Made by a program: the position numbers and the translations under genes. A model generated the notes under the pieces. It ran no database searches and was not told the DNA's origin. It worked only from the letters and a program-made list of their open reading frames with translations. This document shows positions 1-10,828 of a stretch of 64,000 nt of DNA, in pieces (within the stretch, counting starts at the first letter, position 1; each line of letters starts with the position of its first letter). The stretch is from a bacterium (lineage in GTDB: Bacteria; UBA8248), in NCBI GenBank assembly GCA_965219955.1, contig OZ244799.1, forward strand, positions 1,888,001 to 1,952,000. Reading direction: 5' to 3'.

Positions 1-69
1 TCCAGTAGTTCACCGTCGGATTTACTGACGCCGGAACTCCTTCATGGTCCCTGCCGTCGTTGTTCGGAC

Positions 70-467
70 GGTGGCGGCCAAGCTCAAGGAGTTCGAAGCC
101 CACTCGTGGGAACTCTACCCGGCGGTAGCTCCCGTCTCGTGGTGCGCCTGAGATCAGGTCGTGCCGATGTTCGCATTTCTGCCAGTTATCCGCAAGATGA
201 TTTATACGAACAACGCCCTGGAGAGCCTGCACCGTTCGTTGCGCAAGATTATCAAGACACCGGAAAGTTTTCTCAGGGACGAGGCAGTGGCGAAGTTGCT
301 GTTCCTGGCGATCCGTAACGCCGGGATTCGCTGGCGCCGCCCTGTTGACTGGACCGAAGCGATGGGGCAGTTTGCCATCCTGTTCTAGTTCGCTTTTCGG
401 CCTCAGTGAACTGAGGACGGAGAGCCAAATGCCCCCGGCTGTTACTTGCACAGAAAATCGGACAGGC
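70..467 (+). mobile_element. IS256-family remnant (transposase C-terminal fragment plus right end)
   Basis: ORF 161..388 reads IRKMIYTNNALESLHRSLRKIIKT...DEAVAKLLFLAIRN, matching the IS256 C-terminal YTTNxxES motif. The frame upstream is broken by a stop. ttgcacagaaaatcggacaggc (to 467) resembles an IS256 terminal inverted repeat. Confidence 0.8.
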
Positions 468-523
468 ATTGTCGCATCTTTGAGACTCTTGAGTGGACCG
501 CCTATGCCACAGGAGACGCCACC

Positions 524-1111
524 ATGATATCGCCGCAGGCCAAACCCTACGCCACCCCTGTTCTGCTAATCACCGCGGCACTTGCGCTCCTGCTGCTCAC
601 CCTTGCTAAGGAAGCGGCGGCACAGACGCGTGAGCGCAGGTGGACCGTGACCTGCGGTCTGCCAAAGCAACATCCGCTCCTTGCCCTTGCTCCCACAGGC
701 GGAGACAATGGCCTTTGGATGGGCGATACGCGTAGTGGGCACTTGAGGGTGAAGAAGCTTCACAGCCTTCATCCCGAAGGTGGCGTCAGCACTGAGTTGT
801 GGGTGCTCTCGCGCAACGTCGGCTGGTGGAGGCTGAAGGCAATCAGGATCCACCCGGAAGATTGGTCGGAACTCCCAGACCCCGAGAATTTGGTCAAAGG
901 CCAGGGCCTGCGCGGAATACGCCAAATCATCGACTCCCCGTTCCTGTCTCAGTCCACCATTATACGCGCGGGGAACACCGACGAGGAGGAATTGGTGAAT
1001 GGACAGATACTGGCCCTGATGCCGGACGCTTCCCGTCTGCAGTGCGCCTCTTCGAGGCGGCGGGAAGAGTCGGGCGGCTCAGAAAAGTCGATGCGTGGTC
1101 GGTCCAAATAG
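524..1111 (+). CDS. Hypothetical exported protein
   Basis: AGGAG at 511-515 precedes ATG 524. Hydrophobic N-terminus ending AKEAAA. No recognised domain. Confidence 0.55.
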   Translation: MISPQAKPYATPVLLITAALALLLLTLAKEAAAQTRERRWTVTCGLPKQHPLLALAPTGGDNGLWMGDTRSGHLRVKKLHSLHPEGGVSTELWVLSRNVGWWRLKAIRIHPEDWSELPDPENLVKGQGLRGIRQIIDSPFLSQSTIIRAGNTDEEELVNGQILALMPDASRLQCASSRRREESGGSEKSMRGRSK

Positions 1112-1168
1112 AATTGGGAGTTTCTCTTCTGTGGCAACTAACATGCCCGAGTGAATGGCTGACGCTCG

Positions 1169-1501
1169 CTAACGACTTAGCCGGTCAGCAAAACGTCCAC
1201 AACCACCTTCATTGCCCTCGACATCGTACGCCGTGATGCGATCCCGTGAATCCACGAAAACGCGAAGCTTGCAGTAGTATATGTAAGATTGCTGCCCATA
1301 GTTCATGTAGTTTTTGGTCGACCAGATGTAGAATTTCCGCCCGGCAACCTTTCCTTCGGCATCGGGCAACCCTAGCTTTGCAAATACGTTGGACGCGGGA
1401 CTACCAAACATACTAGATATCTTCTCCGTGATGATTTTACCCGCGCAGCCAGCGAGAAATAGAGCTAATATCCCCGCCCCTGCGATCTTTCGCCAGTTCA
1501 T
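1169..1501 (-). CDS. Small lipoprotein
   Basis: MNWRKIAGAGILALFLAGC gives a basic n-region, an h-region and lipobox LAGC. Confidence 0.75.
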   Translation of the reverse strand: MNWRKIAGAGILALFLAGCAGKIITEKISSMFGSPASNVFAKLGLPDAEGKVAGRKFYIWSTKNYMNYGQQSYIYYCKLRVFVDSRDRITAYDVEGNEGGCGRFADRLSR

Positions 1502-1760
1502 GATACTGCCCCAATCGTGACTATCAAGTTGATGTTGCCCGCGCGACTCTGAATGTACCCTACAGAGTGCTTCCTATCATTTCAAGGGGAACGTGAAATA
1601 CGAGGTAGAGACCATTTTGAACGGACGACTTGAAAATTGATTTTGGTATCAAGGCCACTATACGCACCACGAGACCGTGACCCACTCCGATGAAATCTGG
1701 AGGATGAGCGATGTTCGCACGATCAGCAGGAAGGCGTGTGGTCGCTGTTCAAGACGTCAC

Positions 1761-4700
1761 CTAACGGATCGGCTCGAATACGAGTTCCGGCACGATCACT
1801 TCCCAAGCGTCGCATCGTATGGAATTGTGATACTTGGGCTGCGAGGCTTCACGGCTCCACCCGCTGACGGCCCACACTTCGGCGGAACGGCACCGGGTCC
1901 CCAGCGGCGGCTCGAAACTCCCGGCGAGGCGTCCCACCACCACGCCCCTCTGGTCCCGCAACTCCCAGCGACCCTGATCCGTGATGCGCGTATCGAGCCG
2001 GTCGCCCGGCGAGAGCCCGGCGATGGCGCGGTGAACCGGATGCCGGGCGGCTCGCCGTCCGGCGAAGCCCAGGTCCACTTCCTTAAGACTCGGTCGGGCG
2101 TAGTGGTACCCGAGCGTCGTGGGGGCCGGCGGAAGCTCGGCCGGTTCGCGGCGTATGACGGCGGGATGATCCGTCAACTCGTCCGGGAACCCATTGGACT
2201 CTTCGAAACGAGCGAGCGTCAGGGTCTGCCGGACGCGCGTCATGGCCACGTAGTACAGACGGCGCTCCTCATCCCCGTTTTGCCCGACGCGGCTCCAGCC
2301 GCCGTCCAGCACGGCCACGTGGTCGAACTCCAGTCCCTTGGCGCCATGGGCGGTCGACACCAGGAGGCCGCGCTGTCGCCTGCGCACCTCCCGGCCCCAC
2401 TCAGCCAGCCATTCGATAAAATGATCCACCGGCGTCTCCGCTCCGCCGGTTTCGAGCGCGTGCTCCTCGACGGCCTCGCGCAGCAGGTCATTCCAGGCAC
2501 CGGGCGAGTGCGCTTCCGCCCAACCGGCGAGAGCCGCCCCGTCGACCACGCGGGGTCTGCGCGCGCGCAGCCATTCGAGGAACGCGCGGGTCTCCCGCAG
2601 ATGCCAGAAACCCGGAATTTCTTCATCCGCCATCTGAACCGGAACGCCCTTCGCTTCGCAGAAGGCGCGCACGGGGAACAAATACTTCCACTCGCGCGCG
2701 AGCACAGCGCAGCGGGACCAGTTCCAATCGGGCGTTAGCTTCGCGAGGCGCCGGAGTTCCGCCATGACGGCCCGCGCCTGATGGAGCGGGTCGCGGCCCG
2801 CAGGCAGGATTTGCACACGCCCCCGCGAAAGCGGGTCCAGTTTTTCCCACGCGCCGCCCGGCGGGTCATTCTCGCGCGCGCGGTTGACGTGGATCGCGTG
2901 GTCGGTTTTCATGCGTTCGCGGGCTTGTTCGATCACCGCGTTGGCCGCCGCCACGACGTGGGCCGTGGAGCGGTAGTTCGCCGTGAGATAGGTGGGGCGG
3001 GCTTTGTAATCCGCCCCGAAGCGGCGGATGTACTCCACCAAGGTGCCCTTGAAGGCGTAGATGTTCTGATCGTCGTCGCCGACCGCAAACAGGGTGAGCT
3101 TGCCGTCCTCGTCATCGAGCGTCCGCCCGGCCAGGGCCGAGATCAACGCGTACTCTTCTTCGCCGACGTCCTGATATTCGTCCACCAGTATCCAGCGGAA
3201 GCCCGCCAGCAGACGCTCGCGCTGCTCATCCGCCTCCTCGGTCGGCAGGCCCTCTCCGCGCAGCAATTCCGCGGCGCGGCGGAGCACCTCCCGGAACGCC
3301 TCCTCGTCAGGGCGTTCCGCCTGGTTCCGGAAACTGAACCCGGTCAGGCGCATCGCCAGGGCGTGGCAGGTGAGGACGGTGACGCCTCGGGCGTCGTTTC
3401 CGATCAATTCCCCGAGGCGGCGGCGTATCTCGACCGCCGCGTGGCGGTTGTAGGCCAGTGCAAGAATGCTGCGGGGACTCTCCCGCCTCACGCGGATCAG
3501 ATAGGCGATGCGGTGCACCAGCACCCGCGTCTTGCCCGAACCGGGGCCCGCGAGCACCAGCACGTTCGTCTGCTCCCGGTCGTCGGCGACGATGCGCTGC
3601 TGGACGGGGTTGTTCAGGTTTTGAACGATGGCTTGCCAGGACGCGGGCGTGGTCTGGCGTCCGATCTCCCTGCCCCGGCCCGGCAGCCAGCGCGCGAGAA
3701 ACGCCTCCTCCGACAGCGTGAAGTAGTCCTTCGCCAGACGCTCCGCATCGCGCTCGGCGTCGAGGCCGCGCTTGGCGAACTCCGCCATCACGTGGACGTG
3801 CAACACCTGTCCCTTGTAATGAAGGGCCAGGGGTTTGAAGTCCTCATTCGTGAAGCCGCGCCGCTGCCGGTTTTGCAGGCGGATGGTCATGGCGCGTCGG
3901 AACACGGCGAGGCCCTTGTTCAGGCGCATGACCTCCATTTCGTGCAGCCAGAGCAGGGCGCGGTCGAGGAGTTTATCGGGGTGGCGGACCCTGCTCTTCA
4001 ATATCAGGTCGGACTCGATCGCCTCCAGCAGCTTCCCGAGCGTGGTTTCCGCCAGCAGATCCACGCCGCGGCTTCCGGGCGGCAGGCGGTCGAGGAGGTG
4101 CTCCAGCAGCCGTGAGGCCGCCGCGCGCCGGAGTTCGGCCGTCTCCTCCAGGTCTTCCCACTCCCGGCGCAGCGTCACCCAAACGGTCTCCGCGTCCCGT
4201 TTCCGCACCGTCAGGCTCCCGCCCGCGCCGTCCTCGCCGCGGCCGTCCCGGGCGATACCTCGGAGGATGCGCAAAAGCCGTTCCGGCAGCGGATCGGGCA
4301 AGCCCTCGTCCCTCAGTTTTTGGGCGGCGATGCGCAGGTGAAGCGTCGACGCCTCTCCCTTCCCTATATCCGGCGCCGCCTCGCGCAAATACGCGATCAG
4401 GGCGGTCTCCAAGGCCACCGCTTCTTCGAGGCGCTTTTGGGAACTGCGCTCCACGCCGGCGTGGACGAACGCGGTCAGCGCCGTGTCGTTGCTGGCGATG
4501 CCAAACCGTTCCAAGTCGTTCAGTGCGCGGCACACATCCTCGGAACTCAGCCCCGATACTCCCATCAGTTCGTCGGTGCTGACACCCTCGTCCGGGGGGG
4601 CGTCGATGAGCGCTTCGACGATGCGCAGCAATTGGCCGCGATAGGCTTGGGTAATGTTCGCTTTCGCGAGCTGCTCTTTGGCCTCCTCGACCGAGCGCAC

Positions 4701-6872
4701 CCGGAGCGAGGAGGGGAACACATGCACCGTGTTCTCCTCGCGGGCCAGCAGTTCGGATTCCTCCAGCCAGGCGACGGCGGTGCGCACCCGCGTGTCGTCG
4801 GTGGCCGAATCCCGCTCGAACGCGTTCTCCTCGTCCTCCCCCAGTATCTCGCCCTCCGTAGCCACCACCTCGCCGCCGGAGTGTTTCTTGCGGTCCAGGC
4901 TGCGCAAGGCCCGGAGAATGCCGTGTATCTCCCGCCGGGTGAGACGCGAGCGGGCCGACATGCCGAACCTGTTTTCCACGTCTTCCGCCGTGTAGAGCAG
5001 CACGCACCGCGCCGGCGCCCCATCCCGCCCGGCGCGGCCCGCCTCCTGGAAATAGTGCTCCAGCGACCCCGGTATGTCGGCGTGGACGACCAGACGCACG
5101 TCCGGCTTGTCGATCCCCATGCCGAAGGCGTTGGTCGCCGCGATAACGCGCAACTCGCCGTCGATGAAGCGGCGCTGCGTATCTTTCTTGATCTCCGGCG
5201 AGAGGCCCGCGTGGAAATGCTCCGCCGCCACGCCCTTCTGTTTCAGGTATTCGGCGATATCTTCGCTGCCCCGCCGTGTCGCGCAATAGACGATGGCGCC
5301 GCCGGGCACATCGGACGGCAGGTGCGATTCCAGTATCTGGTGGATGTGGGCGAACTTCTCGCCCCCCGTGGTCGGGATCACCTCGAACGTCAGATTAGGT
5401 CTTTCCGAGCCGCCGTCGAACACCTTGAGCTCGACCCCGACCTTCTCCCGGAAATGGGCCAGTACGTCCTCGATGACGCCGGGCCTGGCTGTGGCGGTCA
5501 GGCACATCACGGGGGGTATCCGCCCCTCGCCCGCCTTCTCCCGGATAAAGCGGCCCACGTAGCGGTAATCGGGCCGGAAGTCGTGACCCCACTGTGACAG
5601 GCAGTGGGCCTCGTCCACCACCCAGCCGCCGATCTCCCGCTGGGCGAGCGCCCGGCGCAAGGAGCGGGAGCGGAGTTGCTCGGGAGAGATTATCAGGATG
5701 CCCGCGTCCCCCAAACGCACCTGGTCGAGTGCGTCCGAGCGCTCGGGCATGGACAGGAGCCCGTTGATGGTCACACAGCAGTCGACGTTGCGCGCTTCCA
5801 GCCCGGCCACCTGGTCGGCCATCAGCGCGACCAGGGGCGAGATGACCACCGTGAGCGCACCCGTCTTGTAATACCGCGAGAGCGCGGGAACCTGGTAGCA
5901 GATCGACTTGCCGGTTCCCGTGGGCAGGATGCCGAGGATGTGCTCCCTCGCCATCGCCGCCTCGACGATGGCGCGCTGCATGGGACGTCCATCGTCGACC
6001 GCCGGTTTCAGCCGAAAATTCTTGATCTTGGGACCGAACCAGCGCGCAAGCTCCTTGCGGGCGTCGTGCCGCTCCCGGCACCAGCCGCATTCGGGAGCGG
6101 CGCAGGCGGTGTCCCGGAGGCGGCGCACCAAGTCGCCCGCTTCCGGGAACTGGTGGCGCACCCAGGGCGGCATGACCGAGTTGCCGCCGGCCACCGAAAG
6201 CCACGCCAGCGCGTAGGCAAGCGGCCATCCGAAACCGGCTGCTTCCGCCAGCATCTCACGCCCCCAAGTCGTGCAGGCTACGCCGTCGAGCCGCCGGCCT
6301 ATCGCCTCGCACGCTTCGGCGCCAGACGGTCGGCGCGAGCGGCGAATCTCTGCGAACAGATCGTCCAGGGCGCGGTCCACGCCCCCGGGCTCAGGCGTGG
6401 TCAGCCAATGCCATGCCGTCAGCAGGTCAGGCTCCGCGCGGGGCAGCTTTTCCAATTGCTCGCCAAAGACCTCCAGCGCGAGGCGGGCGTCGAGTTCGGG
6501 GTCGTTGATCCGCCCGCGCCTGAGCCCGCCGTCCTGGTAGTGCTTGACAAGGCGATGATAGGGGTTGCGGGGAAAGGCGAGAGGGCTGAGACGCAGCGTA
6601 TCCACCACGGGCAGCTTCAACAACCGCAGGTCGGGTTTCGCCGCCGCGAGATGCGGCAGGTCGAAGGCGATCAGGTTGTGGCCCAGAACGAACGACGCTC
6701 CGTCGGCCAACTCATCGAGTTTCTCCAGCGCGGCCGTCAGACCGCCGCCGGAATGCGTCAGGCTCTCTCCGGTGTCCGCGCGCACCGCGCCCAAGGCGTG
6801 GATAACGCCATTCCTGCTGACCTCCAGGTCTATCGACAGGCAGCGGGGGCGATAGGGATTGTCCCGCCCCAA
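1761..6872 (-). CDS. Large fusion helicase: DEDD-like 3'-5' exonuclease + RecQ SF2 helicase + UvrD/Rep SF1 helicase + possible HIRAN-like C-terminus
   Basis: Exonuclease motifs: [16 protein letters not shown]. RecQ motifs: [38 protein letters not shown]. UvrD motifs: [49 protein letters not shown]. The TTG start is uncertain. Confidence 0.92.
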   Translation of the reverse strand: MGRDNPYRPRCLSIDLEVSRNGVIHALGAVRADTGESLTHSGGGLTAALEKLDELADGASFVLGHNLIAFDLPHLAAAKPDLRLLKLPVVDTLRLSPLAFPRNPYHRLVKHYQDGGLRRGRINDPELDARLALEVFGEQLEKLPRAEPDLLTAWHWLTTPEPGGVDRALDDLFAEIRRSRRPSGAEACEAIGRRLDGVACTTWGREMLAEAAGFGWPLAYALAWLSVAGGNSVMPPWVRHQFPEAGDLVRRLRDTACAAPECGWCRERHDARKELARWFGPKIKNFRLKPAVDDGRPMQRAIVEAAMAREHILGILPTGTGKSICYQVPALSRYYKTGALTVVISPLVALMADQVAGLEARNVDCCVTINGLLSMPERSDALDQVRLGDAGILIISPEQLRSRSLRRALAQREIGGWVVDEAHCLSQWGHDFRPDYRYVGRFIREKAGEGRIPPVMCLTATARPGVIEDVLAHFREKVGVELKVFDGGSERPNLTFEVIPTTGGEKFAHIHQILESHLPSDVPGGAIVYCATRRGSEDIAEYLKQKGVAAEHFHAGLSPEIKKDTQRRFIDGELRVIAATNAFGMGIDKPDVRLVVHADIPGSLEHYFQEAGRAGRDGAPARCVLLYTAEDVENRFGMSARSRLTRREIHGILRALRSLDRKKHSGGEVVATEGEILGEDEENAFERDSATDDTRVRTAVAWLEESELLAREENTVHVFPSSLRVRSVEEAKEQLAKANITQAYRGQLLRIVEALIDAPPDEGVSTDELMGVSGLSSEDVCRALNDLERFGIASNDTALTAFVHAGVERSSQKRLEEAVALETALIAYLREAAPDIGKGEASTLHLRIAAQKLRDEGLPDPLPERLLRILRGIARDGRGEDGAGGSLTVRKRDAETVWVTLRREWEDLEETAELRRAAASRLLEHLLDRLPPGSRGVDLLAETTLGKLLEAIESDLILKSRVRHPDKLLDRALLWLHEMEVMRLNKGLAVFRRAMTIRLQNRQRRGFTNEDFKPLALHYKGQVLHVHVMAEFAKRGLDAERDAERLAKDYFTLSEEAFLARWLPGRGREIGRQTTPASWQAIVQNLNNPVQQRIVADDREQTNVLVLAGPGSGKTRVLVHRIAYLIRVRRESPRSILALAYNRHAAVEIRRRLGELIGNDARGVTVLTCHALAMRLTGFSFRNQAERPDEEAFREVLRRAAELLRGEGLPTEEADEQRERLLAGFRWILVDEYQDVGEEEYALISALAGRTLDDEDGKLTLFAVGDDDQNIYAFKGTLVEYIRRFGADYKARPTYLTANYRSTAHVVAAANAVIEQARERMKTDHAIHVNRARENDPPGGAWEKLDPLSRGRVQILPAGRDPLHQARAVMAELRRLAKLTPDWNWSRCAVLAREWKYLFPVRAFCEAKGVPVQMADEEIPGFWHLRETRAFLEWLRARRPRVVDGAALAGWAEAHSPGAWNDLLREAVEEHALETGGAETPVDHFIEWLAEWGREVRRRQRGLLVSTAHGAKGLEFDHVAVLDGGWSRVGQNGDEERRLYYVAMTRVRQTLTLARFEESNGFPDELTDHPAVIRREPAELPPAPTTLGYHYARPSLKEVDLGFAGRRAARHPVHRAIAGLSPGDRLDTRITDQGRWELRDQRGVVVGRLAGSFEPPLGTRCRSAEVWAVSGWSREASQPKYHNSIRCDAWEVIVPELVFEPIR

Positions 6873-7334
6873 CGACGGGGTGTCTCTCGTATTGATGCCG
6901 AATGTTCCTGCAGCGGGCGGATGGCCGTCTTCTAGATTCTCGCCACGACCCGACAGGAATTTTCAGTCGGCATTACGTCGCCGGTCGAATATCCCCGGCT
7001 CGACGGCGGGCGGAACCCTTTTCCTCATCTAAGCCATATTATCTTTTCCGCTATCGCCGGGCGCAACCCGAAGCGCGGGTTTTCCGCAGAAAAACTGCAC
7101 CGTTTGCTCCTCGGCACCGACCGAACAGATCGGCGCCACACATACAAGAAGCAGTCAAGGTGAACTCCACAACTTTGCGCTACGTCCTGCACGGCGTCAT
7201 CTCCCTGCTCTGCTCCCCGAAGAGGCGGAGTCCGGCCGGGAGGGGGCGTCGGCGGGGCGTCCGGGAGAGGCGGTACTTCCCTCCTCGGTCAGTACCGACT
7301 CGCCATCATCCATCCCACAACAAGGAGGCGCGCG

Positions 7335-7634
7335 ATGCGGAAACCCAAACCGGAAGCGGACACATTCCTTACCCATCTCTTCACCCGCGGCCTGGCGGAC
7401 GAGAGATACGCCGTGGAACGCTACAGATCCGCAGAGGGGGGCGAGATCAGGCCCGTGCCCGCCCGGGACAAGGCAGGCCGCAGAAGGAAGCGCGTGACCG
7501 CCTCGCGCAGGGCGGTCCGGGAGATGCGGCCCGCGCACGACGAACTCATCGTCTGCACGGGGATCCGGGTCCCCGGCAGCGGGCTGCAGCTCTGGGGCGA
7601 GCACCTCGTGTGGGCCCGGATGCTCACCCGGTGA
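7335..7634 (+). CDS. Hypothetical protein
   Basis: Strong SD (AAGGAGG) before ATG 7335. Co-oriented with the downstream mobile-element genes. Confidence 0.55.
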   Translation: MRKPKPEADTFLTHLFTRGLADERYAVERYRSAEGGEIRPVPARDKAGRRRKRVTASRRAVREMRPAHDELIVCTGIRVPGSGLQLWGEHLVWARMLTR

Positions 7635-7729
7635 GGAAGCCCCCCTCGGGGAGGACTTCCGCCCGCAAGACGTCTGGCCGGCCCGGCGCCGGCCGCACGT
7701 ATTCCACTCACCCCAGGGAGGGAGACTGG

Positions 7730-8539
7730 ATGCCTCACAGAGATCCGGAGAGACGACGCGAGTATGAGCGCGAGCGCCACCGCAAACGCACCGCCGACCG
7801 ACTCGCGCGCGGCCTGTGCCCCAGATGCGGAAAGGTTCCTCCCGCCCCCGGACGCAGGGTATGTGAACCCTGTGGCGAGAGGGAACGCGCCGCCGGGCGC
7901 GCCCGATACCTCAAGCGAAAACTCGAGGGAGCCGCGTACGGCGGCCGCTGCCCCGAGAGCCGCCGGCGCATGGCGCGGGAGAGGCACAAGAGGCGAAGGC
8001 GCGAGCGCAAGGAGGCCGGCCTCTGCACGGCCTGTGGAGAGCGTCCCCCGGTCGAGGGGGGCGCGGTTTGTGAGACCTGCCGGGAGGCGAGGCGCGCTGA
8101 AGAGCGGAAGCTCTACGCCGCCAGGAGAGCGAAAGGGCTGTGCGGCAGGTGCGGGAGGCCGACGTTCGCAGGCGCCGCGCAATGCGGTCCCTGCGCCGCG
8201 CTCGAAGGAAGCCGTTCAACGAAGAAGAACGCCGCGAGCCGCAGACGTTATCACGACAGGCGCGCCCGTGGGCTTTGCGTCGACTGCGGCGTCCACGCTG
8301 ACGCAGGGGTGAGATGTACTCCCTGCGCTCGCCGATCGTACCACTCCTCGGGAGAGCACAAGGGGATGCCCGTCTATCCGCCGCGCTACACCGTCGTCGA
8401 GCTCGCCACGGGCGAGGAGCACGGCCCCTGGGACTCCTGGGAGGAGGTCGCGATGTGCCTCGCGTTCAGCAAACTCTCACGGGATGAGGTGGAGGTGGTT
8501 ACGGACAGTCCGGTAGTGGCGACTCTCACCGGCTACTGA
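7730..8539 (+). CDS. Arg-rich protein with four tandem zinc-ribbon-like repeats
   Basis: GGAGGGAG SD before ATG 7730. Four GLCxxCG...CxxC units: CPRC/CEPC, CTAC/CETC, CGRC/CGPC, CVDC/CTPC. Confidence 0.8.
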   Translation: MPHRDPERRREYERERHRKRTADRLARGLCPRCGKVPPAPGRRVCEPCGERERAAGRARYLKRKLEGAAYGGRCPESRRRMARERHKRRRRERKEAGLCTACGERPPVEGGAVCETCREARRAEERKLYAARRAKGLCGRCGRPTFAGAAQCGPCAALEGSRSTKKNAASRRRYHDRRARGLCVDCGVHADAGVRCTPCARRSYHSSGEHKGMPVYPPRYTVVELATGEEHGPWDSWEEVAMCLAFSKLSRDEVEVVTDSPVVATLTGY

Positions 8540-8646
8540 GCGCCGACTCGCGGCCGGGCCTGCACGTGCCGCCGTCCCGTCGCCGGCGGGGGGCAGGCAC
8601 GACCGGGGAGGGGGATGACGCCGCCCTGCTGCGCAGCCGGCCGGTT

Positions 8647-9006
8647 TCAGTCCGGCACGGGGAGCCACCACCACAACAGCCAGGCCGGGAGGCTGAGAAC
8701 GACCGCCCAGGCGGCTATCGCGAGCGGGCCGGGGAGTCCCGCCACCATGGGCGCCGTTACCGCCCCGAGCACCGCCCACGTCGCCCACGCGGCGCGGCGC
8801 CAACCCAGCCGCCATATCTGCCGGCAAGCCAGGGCGAGAGGCAACCCGCACGGCGCCAGGGACGCCGCCGACTCCGGGAACATCGGCGTCCAGGCCTCGG
8901 GCGCCGTCCAGAAGAGCACGGCGGCGGTCACGAACACCCCGAGCGGCAGCCACAGGAGCGCCGGCGCCCAGAAGCCGTACCGCCTGATGCCTCTGCTGTT
9001 GTCCAT
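8647..9006 (-). CDS. Hypothetical multi-pass membrane protein
   Basis: 119 aa, Trp/Leu/Ala-rich, with 3-4 hydrophobic segments. Confidence 0.5.
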   Translation of the reverse strand: MDNSRGIRRYGFWAPALLWLPLGVFVTAAVLFWTAPEAWTPMFPESAASLAPCGLPLALACRQIWRLGWRRAAWATWAVLGAVTAPMVAGLPGPLAIAAWAVVLSLPAWLLWWWLPVPD

Positions 9007-9190
9007 GTCCCATCTGACCCGAATTCCGGAGCGGACGCAAGGCCGGGCGCGGTATGCCGGCGGTCCTCACCCGACGTGATCCCCCTGGCAGAGGAAGAGC
9101 GAAGCGGGGAGCCGGGCAAAGGCCCGGCAGGGGAGAGGGAGACGGTCTCCAGCTCCCGCCGCCGGCGACAACCCGAGAGGAGGCTTGGCC

Positions 9191-9322
9191 ATGTACGAGA
9201 ACGACTTCGACATCGACGTTCCCACTACAGACGAACTGCTCGCAGAACTCGGACTCGACGCGTACACGATCCGCAAGATTCGCGACGAGGCGGGGGGCGA
9301 GGAAGAGTTCTGCAGCATCTAG
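9191..9322 (+). CDS. Small acidic protein (43 aa, below the ORF-track cutoff)
   Basis: GAGGAGG SD, then ATG 9191 to TAG 9322: MYENDFDIDVPTTDELLAELGLDAYTIRKIRDEAGGEEEFCSI. GC-rich third codon positions. Confidence 0.65.
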   Translation: MYENDFDIDVPTTDELLAELGLDAYTIRKIRDEAGGEEEFCSI

Positions 9323-9399
9323 GACGACCCGGGGGGTGGAGAGAAAAGCTCTCTCCCTCTCATCATTTTTTCACACTCACACCACGAAGGAGATTCATC

Positions 9400-9822
9400 A
9401 TGGCATTCGGACTCAACAGAGCGGAACTGATCGGGCGCCTCGGCGCCGACGCCGACATCAACCACCTCACGAGCGGCGGTCGCGTCGCCAACCTGTCCAT
9501 CGCGACGGATGAGGGCTACGTCGACAAGCAGTCCGGCGAGCGGGTGGACAAGACCGAGTGGCACCGGGTCGTGACCTTCCAGCCCGGCCTGGTCGATATG
9601 TTCGAAAAGCACGCGAAGAAGGGCCGCCTGGTCTACGTGGCCGGCAAGCTCCAGACCAGGCGCTGGAAGAAGGACGAGGAGGACTCCGATCGGTTCTCGA
9701 CCGAAATCCTCATCGCGCCGGGCGGGCGCATTCAGTTCCTCGACAAGGTGAACGGGAACGGAAACGGCGCGCACGCCGAGACGGCGACCGCCGGCGTAGT
9801 GGGCCAGGACATTCCATTCTGA
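9400..9822 (+). CDS. ssb: Single-stranded DNA-binding protein (mobile-element type)
   Basis: NRAELIGRLGAD, ANLSIAT, TEWHRVV, GRLVYVAGKLQTRRW and C-terminal DIPF tip. AAGGAG SD. Confidence 0.95.
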   Translation: MAFGLNRAELIGRLGADADINHLTSGGRVANLSIATDEGYVDKQSGERVDKTEWHRVVTFQPGLVDMFEKHAKKGRLVYVAGKLQTRRWKKDEEDSDRFSTEILIAPGGRIQFLDKVNGNGNGAHAETATAGVVGQDIPF

Positions 9823-9829
9823 TCACCCC

Positions 9830-9867
9830 GGGGGGTCGGCGCCACGCGCTGGCCCCCCTTCTTTTTT
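9830..9867 (+). terminator. Rho-independent terminator after ssb
   Basis: Stem ggggggtcggcg / cgctggcccccc followed by ttctttttt. Confidence 0.75.
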
Positions 9868-10209
9868 GTTCCGGGTCCCGAGGAAGTCCGCCGTGCCCCG
9901 AACACCCTCTCCCGCGGCCGCCGCCCACGCCTTTCCCGCCCTGCCGGCTCTCACATCTACCGGGAGCACCCGGTAAATCTCCGGTTCCGCGAACGATGAA
10001 CCGTGTTCCCGGAAAATCGGCATGCACCTGCGATCACTGCATCCCCTCGACAGTGGCTCGATCTACCCCCCGCTGCGGGAATTTCGGGCCGGAAAAGACG
10101 GCCCGAAATGACCCTTCCCGCAGCATGAGAGAATGTTTCCCGATGAGCTTCGCCTTCATCGTGAAACACCAAAGGCTCTTGTGTCCCGGTGGCGGTACTA
10201 CCCTCTCTC

Positions 10210-10400
10210 TCTTAGCGCTCCCATTTTAGCACGCACGGCGCGGGGTCAAGGGTGCTTTTGCAAAATACGCAAAAGCATCTTTTTTCAGAAAAAATCGGTG
10301 AAGCGTGGATTTTTTCCGCTGCGCGCCCTCCGGGTGAAAAAAGACTGAAAACCGCCCCTGACGCCCACGCCTGGCACGTGCTGAAAATGGGGCGCTAAGA
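10210..10400 (+). promoter_or_regulatory. Long stem-loop resembling an Frpo/ssi single-stranded-DNA promoter
   Basis: The left arm tcttagcgctcccattttagcacg...ggggtcaaggg pairs with the right arm cccctgacg...cgtgctgaaaatggggcgctaaga. Internal hairpin tgcttttgc/gcaaaagca. -35-like and -10-like hexamers lie in the paired arms. Directly upstream of DUF4326. Confidence 0.65.
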
Positions 10401-10435
10401 AGCGCATCCGTTAACTCTCTACGAAGGAGAAAGGC

Positions 10436-10807
10436 ATGGAAACCACAGTAGTGAACCTGAACGACTACGTTGCGGATATCAGCAGTGGATTGCTGGTCAG
10501 GATCGACCGCAGGACGAAGTGGGGAAACCCCTTCCGGGTCGGCAAGGACGGCGAGCGCGCCGACGTCATCGAGAAATACCGGCGATGGCTGTGGGAAAGA
10601 ATCCAGCGCGAGGAGGTGGACCTCTACCAACTCGCCGACCTCCAGGGCTGCGAACTCGGCTGCCACTGCCATCCCCTCCCGTGTCACGGCGACGTACTCG
10701 CGCGCGCCGCCGATTGGGCCGCCGGGTATCTCGACGAGATGCCCAAAGAAGTGGGGCGCAACGAGCGTGGCTACGCTCTTCCCGAATTCAACCATCCCCT
10801 CGCTTGA
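10436..10807 (+). CDS. DUF4326 domain protein
   Basis: VRIDRRTKWGNPF...LGCHCHPLPCHGDVL signature. AAGGAG SD. Confidence 0.85.
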   Translation: METTVVNLNDYVADISSGLLVRIDRRTKWGNPFRVGKDGERADVIEKYRRWLWERIQREEVDLYQLADLQGCELGCHCHPLPCHGDVLARAADWAAGYLDEMPKEVGRNERGYALPEFNHPLA

Positions 10808-10828
10808 GGACAACGAAAGGAGTGAACG

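Noticed and set aside
1677-6935. Long plus-strand ORFs (353-444 aa) opposite the helicase, and similar antisense ORFs over aap, recQ, RND and the porin
   Set aside because: These are shadow frames of high-GC coding sequence with no motifs; the opposite strand has clear family signatures.
6902-7729. N-terminal 276 codons of the 545-aa ORF, and likewise the 8566 extension of ssb
   Set aside because: Low-complexity Arg/Pro/Gly read-through. SD-supported starts lie at 7730 and 9400.
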